In this document: piece by piece, positions 51,541-64,000 of the stretch
Position numbering within the stretch: the stretch's first letter is position 1
Layout: the number at the start of each line of letters is the position of its first letter
Source of the DNA: the human T2T-CHM13v2.0 reference genome, Homo sapiens
Assembly: GCF_009914755.1 (NCBI RefSeq)
Contig: NC_060928.1
Direction: 5' to 3' (one strand)
DNA length: 64,000 bases
Translations under genes and position numbers: made by a program
Notes under the pieces: generated by a model
The model's database searches: none
What the model saw: only the letters and a program-made list of their open reading frames with translations
What the model was told of the DNA's origin: nothing

Positions 51541-53317
51541 TGTATTAGTCCATTCTCTTGCAACTATGAAGACATACTAAAAATTGGGTGATTTATAAAG
51601 AAAAGAGATTCAAATGACATACAGTATGCATGGCTGATGAGGCCTCAGGAAACTTAGAATCATGGTGGAAGGCACCTCTTCACAGAGCAGCAGGAGAGAG
51701 AATGAGTGCTTAGTGAAGGGAGAAGTCCCTTATAAAACCATCGGATCTCATGAGAATAATCCCCTTGACACATGGGGATTGTTACAATTCAAGGTGAGAT
51801 TCAGGTAGCAACACAGAGCCAAATGATATCATTTTACTACAGGTCCCTTCCAACTCTCACGTCTTCACATTTCAAAACACAATCATGCTTTTTCAACAGT
51901 CCCCCAAAGCCTTAACTCATTCCAGAATTAACCCAAAAGTCCAACTCTAAAGTCTTACCTAAGACAAAGTAAATCTCTTCCACTCATGAGCCTGTAAAAT
52001 TAAAAGCAAGTTAGGTACTTCATAAATACAATGGGGGTACAGGCATAGTGTAAATATACCCATTCCACATGGGAGAAATTGACCAAAATGAAGGGGCTAC
52101 AGGCCCCATGCAAGTCCAAAATTCAATAGAGCAGTCATTAAAGCTTCAAGTTCCAAAATAATCTCCTTTGACTCCATGTTTCACATCCAGGTCATTCTGA
52201 TGCAAGAGGTGGGCTCCTATGGTCTTGGGCAGCTCCACCTCTGTGACTTTGCATGGTACAGCCCCCCTCACAGCTGCTTTCAAAGGCTGGCGTTGAGTGC
52301 CTGCAGCTTTACCAGGTGCAGAGTGAAAACTATAGGTGGATCTATCATTCTGGGGTCTGGAGAATGGTGGCTCTCTTCTCACACTTCAACTAGGCAGTGC
52401 TCCAGTGGGGACTCTGTGTGGGGGCTCCAACTCCACATTTCCCTTCTGCACTGCCCTAGCAGAGGTTCTCCATAAGGGCTTTGCTCCTATAGCAAACTTG
52501 TGCCTGGACATCCAGGCATTTCTATACTTTCTCTGAAATCTAGGCAGAGGTTCCCAAACCTCAATTCTTGACTTCTGTGCACCCACAGGCTCAACATCAC
52601 ATGGGATCCACCAAAGCTTGGGGCTTGCACCCTCTGAAGCAATGGCCCAAGATGTACCTTGGCCCCCTTTAGCCACAGCTGGAGTTGAAACATCTGGGAC
52701 ACAGGGCACCATGTCATGAGGCTGCACAGAGCAGGGGGAGCCTAGGCCCAACCAAGGAAACCATTTTTCCCTCCTAGGCCAACAGGTCTGTGATGTGATG
52801 GGCTGCCATGAAGGTCTCTGACATACCCTGGAGACATTTCCCCCATTTTCTTAGTGATTAACATTCTGCTCCTCATTACTTATGCAAAGTTTTCCCCAGA
52901 AAATGGGTTTTTCTTTTCTATCACATCTTCAGGCTGCAGATTTTGCCAACTTTTCCTCTTAAACACTTTGCCACTCACAAATTTCTTCCACCAGATATCC
53001 TAAATCATCACTCTGAATTTCAAAGTTCCCCAGATCCCTAGGGCAGGGGCAAAAGGCCACCAGTCTCTCTGCTAAAGCACAGCAAGGGTCACCTTTGCTC
53101 CAGTTCCCAAGAAGTTCTTCACCTCTATCTGTATGACCTCAGTCTGGACTTCATTGCCAATAGCACTATTAGCATTTTGGTCAAAACCATTTAACAAGTC
53201 TCTAGGAAGTTCCAAATTTTCCCACATTTTCCTGTCTTTTTCTGAGCCCTCCAAACTGTTCCAGCCACTGCCTCTAACTCGATTCCAAGTTGCCTCCACA
53301 TTTTCAGGTATCTTTAT
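51541..53317 (-). mobile_element. THE1 (THE1D-like) 3' LTR (51541-51831, internally deleted) plus internal region; 5' LTR missing
   Basis: LTR tgtattagtccattctc..aaatgatatca. Minus ORFs 52386-52751 and 53072-53446 contain MaLR internal text (KIPENVEAT..GWNSLEGSEKDRKMWENLELPRDLLNGFDQNA). Confidence 0.9.
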
Positions 53318-53737
53318 GTCTGCTTTATAGGCCGGCCTCTTTTCCAGGATTCTTCCTTTAGGGTGGGCTGCCTGTGTGTGCAATCTCCTCCTTACCCTTG
53401 GTAAGTGAGCATGTGCAGTTCGTTTAGGAAGTTGTGTGATGCCCATCTAAGGCTTTCTTCCCTTTTCTGGTGGTGTGCCCTTGGAAAGTCATATTGCTCC
53501 ATTTTGTCTCTTAATACTCATGCCCAGGAATTTGCTTCTCCCTGGTACAGGCTTTCAGTGAACACTTTAGTGCAACAGATGTGGACCATCAGGAAATGGC
53601 CTCTCCCTGGTGCTGTCTGCCAATTTATCACTTTTAGAGAGGCAATGGGATAACTGCCGAACAATCACTTGACATTTGTGGTGGGTGGATGGAAGCCCTC
53701 TCCTGCCCTGCGTATGCCTGTCTAACTACCTGTAACA
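53318..53737 (-). mobile_element. MER50-like ERV1 LTR, 5' part only
   Basis: The reverse complement begins tgttacaggtagttagacaggcatacgcagggcaggagagggc, the MER50 LTR start as I recall it. Confidence 0.75.
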
Positions 53738-54175
53738 TATGGGGGACTATGGGGAAGGCATGATTGATTTTGAAATTTGAAAAGGAAATAAGATTTAGGA
53801 GGGGTCAGAGGCAAAATGATATAGTTTGGCTCTTTGTCCACATTCAAATCCCATCTCAAATTGTAATCCCCATATGTAGAAGGAGGGGCCTGGTGGGAGG
53901 TGATTGGAACATGTGGGCATTTTCTCCCTTTCTGTTCTTATGATAGTGAGTGAATTCTAACAAGATATGATGGTGTTAGAGTGTGGCACATTCCCCCTCA
54001 CTCTCTCCTCTTCTGCCACCATGTAAGATGTGCCTTGCTTCCCCTTCCACCATGATTGTAAGTTTCCTGAGGCCTCTCCAGCCATGCAGAACCATGAATC
54101 AATTAAACGTCTTTTCTTGATAAGTTACCCAGTCTCAGATAGCTCTTTATAGCAGTGTGAAAATGAGCTAATACA
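53738..54175 (+). mobile_element. MST 3' internal stub with purine tract (53738-53816) and 3' LTR (53817-54175)
   Basis: Reads gggaaggcatgattgattttgaaat..agatttaggaggggtcagaggcaaaa|tgatatagtttggctc..gctaataca. Confidence 0.88.
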
Positions 54176-54335
54176 GGGAGTATTTAATAATGGCTTCACT
54201 TTAGTGGTTTTAATTGGACCCCAGACTATCCATGTCTGTACACTGTGTCGATTTTTATTCTTCAGGTGAGTTTCTGCCAAGATAAACTTCCAAATCCTTT
54301 TCTTGAAGCTATAATCTGAATGCCCTCCAATAATA

Positions 54336-55122
54336 GAGTTGCACCTCAACAACTGGACGGTTAGGGATGCTGAGTCCTCCATACAGTCAAAATCCATGTA
54401 TAACTTTTGACTTTCACAAAATGTAACTGCCAATAGCTTACTGTTGACTAGAAGCCTTGTCAATAAAACAGTCAATAAACACATATTTTGTATGTTATAT
54501 GTATTATATATTGTATTCTTACAATAAAGTAAGCTACAGAAATAAAATGTTATTAAGAAAACCATAAGGAAATATATTTGCTATACATAATTGGTAGTGG
54601 GTCATTGTATTAGTCCATTCCATGAAGAAATGGCTAAAACTGGGTAATTTATAAAGAAAAATAAGTTTAATGAACTCACTGTTCCACGTGGTTGGAGAGG
54701 CCACACAATCACGGTGGAAGGTGAAGGAGGAGCAAAGTCACGTCTTACATGGCAGCAGGCAAAAGAGCATGTGCAGGGAAACTGCCCTTATAAAACCATC
54801 AGATCTTGTGCGACTTATTCACTATCACAAGAACAGCATGGGAAAAACTCGCCCCCATGATTCAATTACCTACCACTGGTTCCCTCCCATGACATGTGGG
54901 GATTACAACAGCTACAATTCAAGATGAGATTTAGATAGGGACACAGCAAAACCATATCAATCATCATAAAGGTCTTTATCTTTGTTGTATTTACATTCAG
55001 AAGGCTGAGGAGAAGGGTAAGAGCAGGAGTTGGTATTGCTGTCTCGAAGTGGCAGAGGAAGAAGAAAATCCATGTTTAGGTGGACCCACAAGTTTACATC
55101 AATTTTGTACTGGGGTGAACTG
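54336..55122. mobile_element. Tigger2a (MER28-type), split by a THE1 LTR
   Basis: TA-flanked degenerate TIRs (gagttgcacctcaacaac / ggggtgaactg). The body is homologous to 46273-46756 in the opposite orientation. Confidence 0.8.
54606..54959 (-). mobile_element. THE1 (B/C-like) solo LTR
   Basis: Runs tgtattagtccattc..gctacaattcaagatgagattt..aaccatatca, with TSD gtcat/atcat. Confidence 0.9.
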
Positions 55123-55948
55123 TAGTTGGGTGGAGAACCAGGATAGCAATCATAGCATTTAATTTTTAGTATTTCACTTAATTCCTTTACTGCCAGACAG
55201 TTTTTCTCCCTCACCCTCAGCTATCCTTGGCATTCCTGACCATTGATTTGCACTCACTAGTTTTTTCCAGAGGATAAATGATTCATCTCTTGTTGGTTCT
55301 TAAAGACATATTCACCTGTTTCTTTGTGTGGTGGGGTGAGGACAAATCTCGGCCTTTTAATTTTTCCTTGACTGTTACCTACATTCACCCATCACTCTAC
55401 CTGCAGTCCCTCCAAATCAGAAATTTCTCCATGGGTTCCTTCTGAAGCCAAGAGAGCTTATTCCATCCTCTACAGGCACTTAACCTTTAGCTTTTTTTGT
55501 GCTTACAAGTTATTTGCTGTTTATCTCTCTGCTCCTCACATGACAAAAATACATTGACATCTTCCCTTTCCCCTGCTCTTCTGCCACCTCCTTCCTACTA
55601 TTCTTTTTCTTCATGCATACACACACACACACAAACACGCACACACACCCCACACATCCACCACTACGGTCGTTTTAGATCCTGAAACAAAGAAAAGTAA
55701 AATATCCATGTTCAATTTTTCCAATCTCCACTTTCACCTTAGTAAATTTCCATTTTTTCCTTACTTTCCCACACAGAGATTATCAGTGGCCAAATCTAAC
55801 AATCACCCCTAGTTTTCTTTTTATATGATTGAACTTATTTGCTAAATATTCATTTCTTTACTGAGACTCTTTATTCACCATATGTTTTATAACTCTATTA
55901 TTTAAGCTTTCTTCAGTTTCTATTATCATGATTTTTTTAAGTCTTAGC

Positions 55949-56268
55949 CAATAGTCTTCCCATATCTGTGGGGGATATGCTCCAAGATTCCCAGGGGATG
56001 ACTGAAACCAAAAACAATACTGAAGCCTATATACACTATGTTTTTTCCTATACATACATACTTACATAAAGTTTAATTTTAAAATAGGCACAGTAAGAGA
56101 TTAACAACTATAACTAATAATAAAATAGAACGATTATAAGAAAATAATAAAAGCTTTGTCAGTGTTGTCTCTCTCTCTCTCTCATTCTCTCTCTCTCAAA
56201 TTACCTTATCTTTCTGTACTCACCTATTGACCACAGGTAACTGCAACCATGGAAAGGGGGGCCTACTT
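55949..56268. mobile_element. MER44 (Tigger7 derivative)
   Basis: Contains caatagtcttcccatatctgtgggggatatgctccaaga..taggcacagtaagagattaacaac..aaggggggcctact. Confidence 0.82.
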
Positions 56269-57222
56269 ACCCTGTTTTTCTCTGACTGCTTTTTTTTATT
56301 GACAGAGCAAAAATAAGGAGACTTTAGCATATTTTCCCAGTGTTTTTATGATATGCTTTTTTTCATAAAACTGTATGACAACTTGGTACTCCTACTCTTT
56401 ATTCACAGCCCAATTCTGTAACTAAAAGAGAGGACTTGCTCTATGTGCGTTGTGCCTAGGCTTTGCCAGATAAAATGTGAAGGAAAGCTACATGATAATT
56501 CTTCCTGAGATGCTCTTGTTTCTTTGATTCCAAGAAACTATCTCTACATTTAATGTTGTTGATGTAGAGAAAATTGACTATTTCAGCAAAAGCTAAGCTT
56601 GAAAATGGATGAAAGCGCGCTTTCTCATTTTATCTCAGGAAATAATAATTCCAAAATGCCCAAGCTAGTAATAAAAAAATCCAGGTTATTACAATATTAC
56701 AAGGTTGGTAATGTAACTGTATATACTTTGGAAAATAATAAAAAATTTGGATTTCTCATCAACCATAAAAATTGCCTAAAATGTCATAGAAAAATACTTT
56801 TTAATATATTTGCTTTAAAATGTATTTTTGAATGCTTTGATTGTCATTGAGAGAATGAATACAAAGGGAACATAAAAGTAACCTAGATTTATCCTAGATA
56901 TCCAAACAACAATAATTTGAATCAAGAGTAATCTGCAATATGACATTAATTTTTCTGATTTGTTAATTTTTGCTACTAAATTAAGATATCACATCTGAAT
57001 TGAAAGTCAATTTATGTTCACAATATATGACTGTCTGATAGATAACAAATATACAATGCACTTACATTTTAACATTCCTAACCATACATCAAATTAATAA
57101 TCATAACCTAGTACCTACAAGATAACCAGTACCCATAAGAAAGCAAATTATTTCGTAGCAAATGAATGGAATCTAAAACTCAAGAGAGTCATAAAGTTAG
57201 AATATTTTCACGTTTTGTTTAC

Positions 57223-57578
57223 TGATATGGTTTGGCAGTGTCCTCTCTGAAATCTCATCTTTAATTGTAGCTCCCATAATTCCCATGTATTGTGGGAGGG
57301 ACATGGTGGGAGATATTTGAATCATGGCTGCAGTTTCTCCCACACTGTTCTTGTGGTAGTGAATTGGTTTCATGAGATCTGATGTGAACTTGTGATAAGG
57401 AGTTTCCTCTTTTGATTGGCTCTCAATCTCTTGTCTACCACCATGTAAGATGTGCCTTTCCTTTTGCCTTCAGTCATGATTGTGAGGCCTCCCCAGCTAC
57501 GTGGAACTGTGAGTCAATTAAACTTTTTCTTTATCAATTATCCAGTCTTTATTAGCAGCATGAGAATGGACTAACACA
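57223..57578 (+). mobile_element. THE1 (B/C-like) solo LTR
   Basis: Runs tgatatggtttggc..ggactaacaca, with a perfect 5-bp TSD tttac on both sides. Confidence 0.92.
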
Positions 57579-58089
57579 TTTACCAGTTTACATTGTAGGT
57601 AATAGTGTTTAAACCTTTAAACTTATTTTATCCTAAATGATGATTATGCACATTCTCAAATGAATTGAAGGGTAAAGACAACATAATAAAGCATGCATCT
57701 CAGGTACCTTTTCTGTCCACTTACATAGAAATAAGAATTGCAGCACATAGGAAAATTGTTATGGAAAATATGTGAAGAATATGTCAGGCTGTACCTTAGG
57801 TAGAGAATAAAGGAATTTTTCAGTGCTGTATTTTTACTGGACACCAAACTAATAATTTTAAAAGGTGAAACAGAGTATAAAACATATTAAATCCTTTTCA
57901 TTTTATAAAATTTAATGAAAAATTATGCCTAAGTTATGATTATTTAAATAACAATGACTTTTAGTATATGAACTACATCTTAAAATGTATAGTAAATAAA
58001 AACAAGTCAGTTCAGATTTTATTATAGTTACAGAAGTATGATAATTAACATTTAGATACATTTTATGTATGAGGCAAACATGTCCATAA

Positions 58090-59080
58090 CATATAGAAAT
58101 TGGTATGATCAGATTTTCAATTTTTTCCTTTCTTAGTGTCTAGTGGTTTTCCTTTGTGGTTATAATTAACATTTTCCTGATGATTAGTATTGTTTAATGT
58201 CTTTTTAGGTGATTACTGGACATTCATGAATTGCCTTGTTGCAAAGTTGTTTAAATTTTTTTATGGTCATTTCTATTTAATTCATTTTCTCCTTATTGAG
58301 GTATAATTGTCCTTAGTTATTTTGAATGCAAGTCTCTTGTAACACAAATGCATTGTATATTCTCTGAGTCTGCACCTGGTCTTTATATATTTACTTACAT
58401 ATATTTTTTGCTTATTTATTGTTGTTGGGTCTTTAGAAAAATAGAGTTTTTATTATATGTATTTATTGTTTTTCTATTTTTTGTGTCCTAGCTACAAGTA
58501 TTTTTATATATGAAGATTTTTCTCCTATTTTCTTCCAGAGATTTTATATTTTGCATCAATTTTGAATAGTGTTTTCATAGGGTATTCTACCATTTCTGCC
58601 CTTTACTTTCAGCACTTTTGAAATATATTTCCATTGTTTTCTGGTTATGATTATTTATGTTGATGAATTATCTGTTGATTTTATGGTTGTTCCTGTGACT
58701 ATAGTGTGCAACTTTCTACTGCCTCTTTTAAAAATTTCTCATATATTATGGTTGTAGCAGTTTTTCTACAATTGCCAATTTTCCTTTTCATTTCTATGTA
58801 ATATCTCATCGGTTATTTTTCTATTGACTGATCATCTAATTCATTAATCTTTTCTTCTGCTTAATTAGCCTGTAAAATTATTCAGAGGTGCTAATTTTAA
58901 TTATTTTTAAACTTGTATCTATAATTGTAATTTGATATTTTATGATTTGTAGTTCCAGCTTAAAATATTATAATTTGAGGGCCTATAATTCATAGTTCTC
59001 ATCAAGTTTGTATTTAATAACTGTAATACATTGATTTTCAGTATATGTTTCTAAATTTTTTTTTCTTGTTTGGAACTCCA
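58090..59080 (-). mobile_element. Old L1ME fragments
   Basis: Contains ttgtggttataattaacattttcctgatgattag.. and ttcagcacttttgaaatatatttccattgttttctgg. Confidence 0.6.
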
Positions 59081-59082
59081 TG

Positions 59083-59460
59083 TGTATTAGCCCATTTTCA
59101 TATACTAAAAAGAACTAACTGTCCAAGACATGGTCATTTGTAAAGGAAAGAGGTTTAATTGACTCACAGTTCAGCATGGTTGGGGAGGCCTCAGGAAACT
59201 TGCAATCACGCCAGAAGGCAAAGGGGAAGCAAGTCACCTTCTTCACAAGGCGGCAGGAAGGAGAAGTGCAGAGCAAAGAGGGAGAAGTTCCTTATAAAAC
59301 CATCAGATCTTATGAGAACTCACTCACTATCATGAGAACAGCATGGGGGAAATGGCCCCCATGATTCAATTACCTCCTGGTCTCCCTGGGTATAGGGGAT
59401 TATGGAGATTATGGGGTTCAAGGTGAGATTTCGGTGGGGACACAAAGCCTAAACATATCA
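59083..59460 (-). mobile_element. THE1 (D-like) solo LTR
   Basis: Runs tgtattagcccattttca..cctaaacatatca, with a perfect 5-bp TSD ccatg on both sides. Confidence 0.92.
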
Positions 59461-62400
59461 CCATGTAATGTAATTATTTATGGCATTCTCAATGCTGTCT
59501 ATGGAAAATGTTAGTGATACTTTGAGACTCCTATTGATCTTCCTCCAGAGAGCATTTAGTTTGCTAATCCCAGTTTAGAACAGGCATGGAAGATCACCTC
59601 TAATTTAACTAGAATTTGATTAATTAGAAGCTCCTCCTTGGGTGGAGTTTTTTGGTGCTGCTTCTTCAGCTTAGAACTTTTTTCTTGCCCAATGGTTACG
59701 TTCACATATTCTTTAAATTTAAATTCTAATGGTATCATCAATGTGAAGCTTCTCTTCTCTCCTAAGATAGATTTAAAAGAACATTTACCTTATTTTTTAC
59801 TGAACATACTACTCTGTATTTCTGCAAATATAATGTAGTATTATATCTTTCTACTGGATTCTAAAGTTTTCGAGAATAGGTAATGTGTCATTTACTTTTT
59901 AAATCTGGAACATTTAGCAAGATTTGTGCAAGAGTATTGGTATTTTAAATATTACATAAATGTATAATTTTTTATATATTTTAATAAATATTTTTTGCAT
60001 AACTATATTATGTTTTGTACATAGGTTCCTGGGGATAGATAGATGAATAATCTCTCTTTTAAAGCTTCTAGTATTTCATGTTGTATTGTGCTGACAGAGA
60101 AATATCTCTTCCTTCACTAAGTGGTGCACCATTTGTTAAACGTTTTTAAATATAAATTACTTTTGCACCAGAGACTAGAAAATGTTGAATTTTCTTGGGA
60201 GGGAAATGGTATCAGAAATTATTTCCCAAGGGGATAATTATATGAGCTGAACTAAAATGCTGGGTATATTAGCTATTTCGACAGAAGGGAGAAGACATTA
60301 TTCAGGGAAAAAATAACACATACAAAAAGATGAAAAAATGAAAGAGCACTAGATTTTTTTGAATAACCCTATGGCTAATATGAACTTGAAAGTTAAACAG
60401 GGGCCAGATCATTAGAGCATTTCACATCTTGATAAAGAATCTCCTCTTAATTATTTTGTTAATAGGGCTGCATGGCAGGAGAAAGGCATCATCACATATG
60501 CATTTTAAAAATATAATTGTAGTTGTAATATGGAGTTGTAATACATAATTGGAGTTATAGTATGAATCATGAGAGTACAGAAAGAGCATTGTAACATTCC
60601 TGGGGTGACATTCCTGGGGTGACAAATAATGAACCTCTAAAAAAGTAGGGGGAATGGAGAAGAAAAGATAGGATTAAAATATGTTTATGATTATTTTAAT
60701 GATGATATGTATTAAAGATGCTTAGGTTTTTTTAGCATTTCATTGTTACTCAATTAGGGCCACTTTCACACTGAATTTTGATCATTCTAATTGTGATCAT
60801 GTTCGTTCATTCATTCAGTAATTACCTAAACCTTATTATATAGAGTTGACTACTCTTCTCATTACTGGGATTAAGTAGTGAATAAAAAAGCAACAAAATT
60901 ATTTCCTGCTCCCATTGTGTTTATCTTTTGGTGGAATGTAAGGAAGTGGCTTGTTAAGGGTGGACATCTTGAAGACGAAATATACTAGGTTGTGTATAAT
61001 TCTTGTTATGTCATGTTTAGGTGACACTGATGGGCATAATTTTATAATAGCTCCTGCTGTATTTTGCATTTTTATTTCTTAATTTCATAAATTTCAACAA
61101 ATACTTTCTTCTTTGTTTCAGGAAATGAAAAGGTCATTCTCACAAGTAAATGGATAAGAATTAAACACCTAATTAACTTTAGACCAATTGCCAGCAGAGA
61201 ATAAGCTCTTCTAGTATTGATATACTGCTAAGAGTTGGCATACTTTTTTCATTTCCCATGGTACATGTCAGAATGCCTCTCACCATGTTCAGAGCTAAAT
61301 TCTGACAAGTCCGTTTATAAGAAATGACACTAGACACTGCTAGCATATAAAAGGAAATTAAATCTCATATGGAGAAAGATGCCAGTGTCATTTAAGCTAG
61401 TATTCAGCTGGAACTGTACCAGGCACTGTTGTTAAAGGTAATTTTGGATTTTTTTTAAACCACACATCTTATGGATTTCTTCTGTTCCAAATGCAAACTT
61501 TAGACTTATGCATAACAATTAGCAGTTGTCCCTTTTGATAGACCTAGAATGTAAATGATTAGAATTAATAAGGCAAAACAAAACAAAACTTTGCTAGTTG
61601 GTCAACTCTTGCTCTAAGCAACTATCAACATATTATTTCTAATGAAAATTAAAATTTAACGATGAAGAGTATGTGTGAATTTTTAGGTCTTCATTAAAAT
61701 ACCTACTAAAAGACATGAACCCAACTAAGCCTTTTACTCTCTTTCTTCTCTGAATAAAATTCAAACCCCACTTTTCAAAAACAAATGTTGCTTGTTACAT
61801 GAAGATTTTAGATATTAATTTTGAATTTCAAACATATACCAAGAAGAGTTCTTGGAAACTACTAATTGTTTATACAGTAGTGTTATGGTGAGTATTTACT
61901 GCAAAAATGTCTCAAAATGAAAAAGCTCCTTTTATTATATTCTGCTTAATTTAGTCATACTATGCTCAGTGTAAAATGAGTTCTTACTTTCCCCAGAATC
62001 AAATTGCATATCAAAACATATTTTATAGTTTATTTTCCCTTTGTATATTACTTTGTCAAAACAATATTGATTAGTAATACAATCAGAATCTATCTCAGTT
62101 GCAACTTTCTTTCAACTAATAGTTTCTAGGTTACTTTGGGTTGGAGCAATAGTGAATCAGAGAAACAGTAACAAATATTGGCAATGCAATTTTAGTCTTC
62201 TAAAATAATGTTTAGTTATTCACAAATAAAAATAAAAACAAAAGAACAATTTTAGCATCACTAGACAGGAAATGGCATACTGTTTACAAATTAAGTGTAA
62301 ATAATAATATACTTTGCAATTCTATAACATCTAAGGATTTCAAGGCTTTTTTATTGATATGATTTGCCATAATTTAGTTGTTAGAAGGAATAAAAGATAA

Positions 62401-62699
62401 AAAGTTTAATAATCCATTGATTGAAATGGGCAATACAGCATGTTTTAATGGAAAAAAACTGGTTGAAATGAAAAAAAAAAAACTAAGTAATTGTGTCCCC
62501 TTGGGTGGGTTTTTCTATTATGTTACATTCTGATAGCTTTCCTGTAGTTATTTTCTGTTGTGTTTCCTCATGCTATTTCACATGAATTATGAATCATAAA
62601 TGAAACATTTATATGAATGTTTTACATGTTCACCTGTTGCATTAGCAGGATTTCTAGACAATCCTCAGGATCCCTGGGTTATACACTTTCAAGAAATCT

Positions 62700-63019
62700 G
62701 GCCATGGTGGCTCACACCTCCCAGCACTTTGGGAGGTTGACATGGGAGGACTGCATAAGCCCAGGAGTTTGAGACTAGCCTGGGAAACATGGTGAGACAC
62801 CATCTCTACAAAGAAAATAAAAATAAAAATTTACCCAGGCATGGTGGCACGTACCTGTGGTCCCAGATACTTGGGATTGTGAGGTAAGAGGATTGCTTGA
62901 GTTCAGAAGATTAATTCTGAAGTGAGCTTGATCACACCCCTTCACTCCAACCTGGACAACAGAGCAAGATGCAATCTCAAAAAGAAAAAATAAAAACAAA
63001 ACCAACAAACAAACAAAAA
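62700..63019 (+). mobile_element. AluJ
   Basis: Dimeric Alu (ggccatggtggctcacacct..cccaggagtttgagactagcctggg..A-rich linker..gaggattgcttgag..A tail). CpGs are decayed, J-type diagnostics are present, and the flanks aagaaatct / aagaaaattct look like a TSD. Confidence 0.92.
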
Positions 63020-63904
63020 GAAAATTCTAAAAATACCTACATGCCTTACACCAAAGTCTCCTAGTCTTCAACAGTTTTTAAGCCCTTGATAAAGTCACTT
63101 CCTTTTTATGAGATTCTACTGGAGGGGCTTGTTTCATAAACAATTACCCTGGCTACCTGAGTGATGTGAGTTCTTTGTAATTGTGACACTTCTGTTGCCC
63201 ATTCCTGTCTGAAATTAAGGCTTCATATATGTTTTGAGTTAATAGGCAAATAGCTTACTCTTATCAGATGATTTTCTCATGCCCAGACCTACCTCTTATA
63301 TTTGCAGCACATGGATAAAGATGGAGGTTCACATATGCATACTTAAATATTTAAAATCACAAATAAACAAATGATCATACATAAAATGTGGTCTATACTA
63401 AGTTGAAAAATATGCTTTCATAGGAAATAAATAGCTCACAATGTAAACAATGCACTGTAATCCTCAACAACCATGTGTAGCTGTTGGAAATATTTTGTTA
63501 CTTTGTGATTATCACTGGAATCATGTATTGCGGCACATAAAAAAAACAATAAAAGAGGCCATTTACACTATCCAGAAAAAATGTTTTGTCATGCAAGAAT
63601 CTCTGTCTTTAATGTGACCTAAGAAGAAGGATTTGCCATGTTAATAATTTGTCCTTCCTCTTAATAAGACACCTCCCTGCTCAAATCCTGCCACACACCA
63701 GTCCCCAGACACAGTATCTATTGGTGAAGCTGGAAGTAGCCTAAACTGCATTTTGTTTTTATATCAAAGCAGAAAAGATGAGGATAAACCCTCTCCTTCC
63801 TCTGGAATACATTAATATCTAAAGTATTTAGGGTTATTGGTTTTGCTGTGCCAGATTTGAAGGCTAGATCCTGAGGAATATCTGAAAGTTCTAAAGTCCT
63901 AGAT

Positions 63905-63945
63905 TGTGTGTGTGTGTGTGTGTGTGACAGAGAGAGAGAGAGAGA
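63905..63945. repeat. (TG)n(AG)n microsatellite
   Basis: Directly visible. Confidence 0.95.
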
Positions 63946-64000
63946 AAAAAAAGAGTTACAACTGAGATATGTTGGAAAGAGAGTTTCTGGGGTGCCAGTT

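Noticed and set aside
57486-57502. Possible PRDM9 hotspot motif in THE1 LTR
   Set aside because: The sequence is cctccccagctac, not CCTCCCTNNCCAC. The 53.8-kb and 54.6-kb LTRs I also checked deviate too.
59800-60930. Scattered L2-like fragments (also near 25.5 kb and 55.8 kb)
   Set aside because: Only faint similarity; boundaries cannot be supported without a profile search.
61100-61150. Strong plus-strand acceptor (tactttcttctttgtttcag|g)
   Set aside because: Only a weak nearby donor and no coherent exon chain; such sites are common by chance in AT-rich DNA.

Overview
This is AT-rich, repeat-dense primate (human-like) nuclear DNA. The evidence is an AluJ, young L1PA 3' ends, and THE1/MST LTRs. 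I find no credible protein-coding gene, RNA gene or prokaryotic system; the listed ORFs are decayed transposon frames or chance ORFs. The window holds many decayed L1s, ten MST/THE1 (MaLR) LTRs including a full MST element with a nested inverted LTR, ERVL pol and dUTPase remnants, Tigger1/Tigger2a/MER44 and hAT MER elements, a few MIRs, microsatellites and only one Alu. The one clearly gene-like landmark is an isolated CpG island at about 9.65-10.33 kb with minus-strand splice signals, suggesting the 5' end of an unidentified, possibly non-coding transcript. The best second-look items are an acceptor/donor (AG|GT) overlap at that island, a candidate upstream minus-strand first exon near 36.4-36.5 kb, and several templated-insertion or deletion scars inside repeats. 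Repeat subfamily names come from recalled consensus sequences and should be confirmed with RepeatMasker/Dfam. I do not see convincing evidence of a novel biological system.
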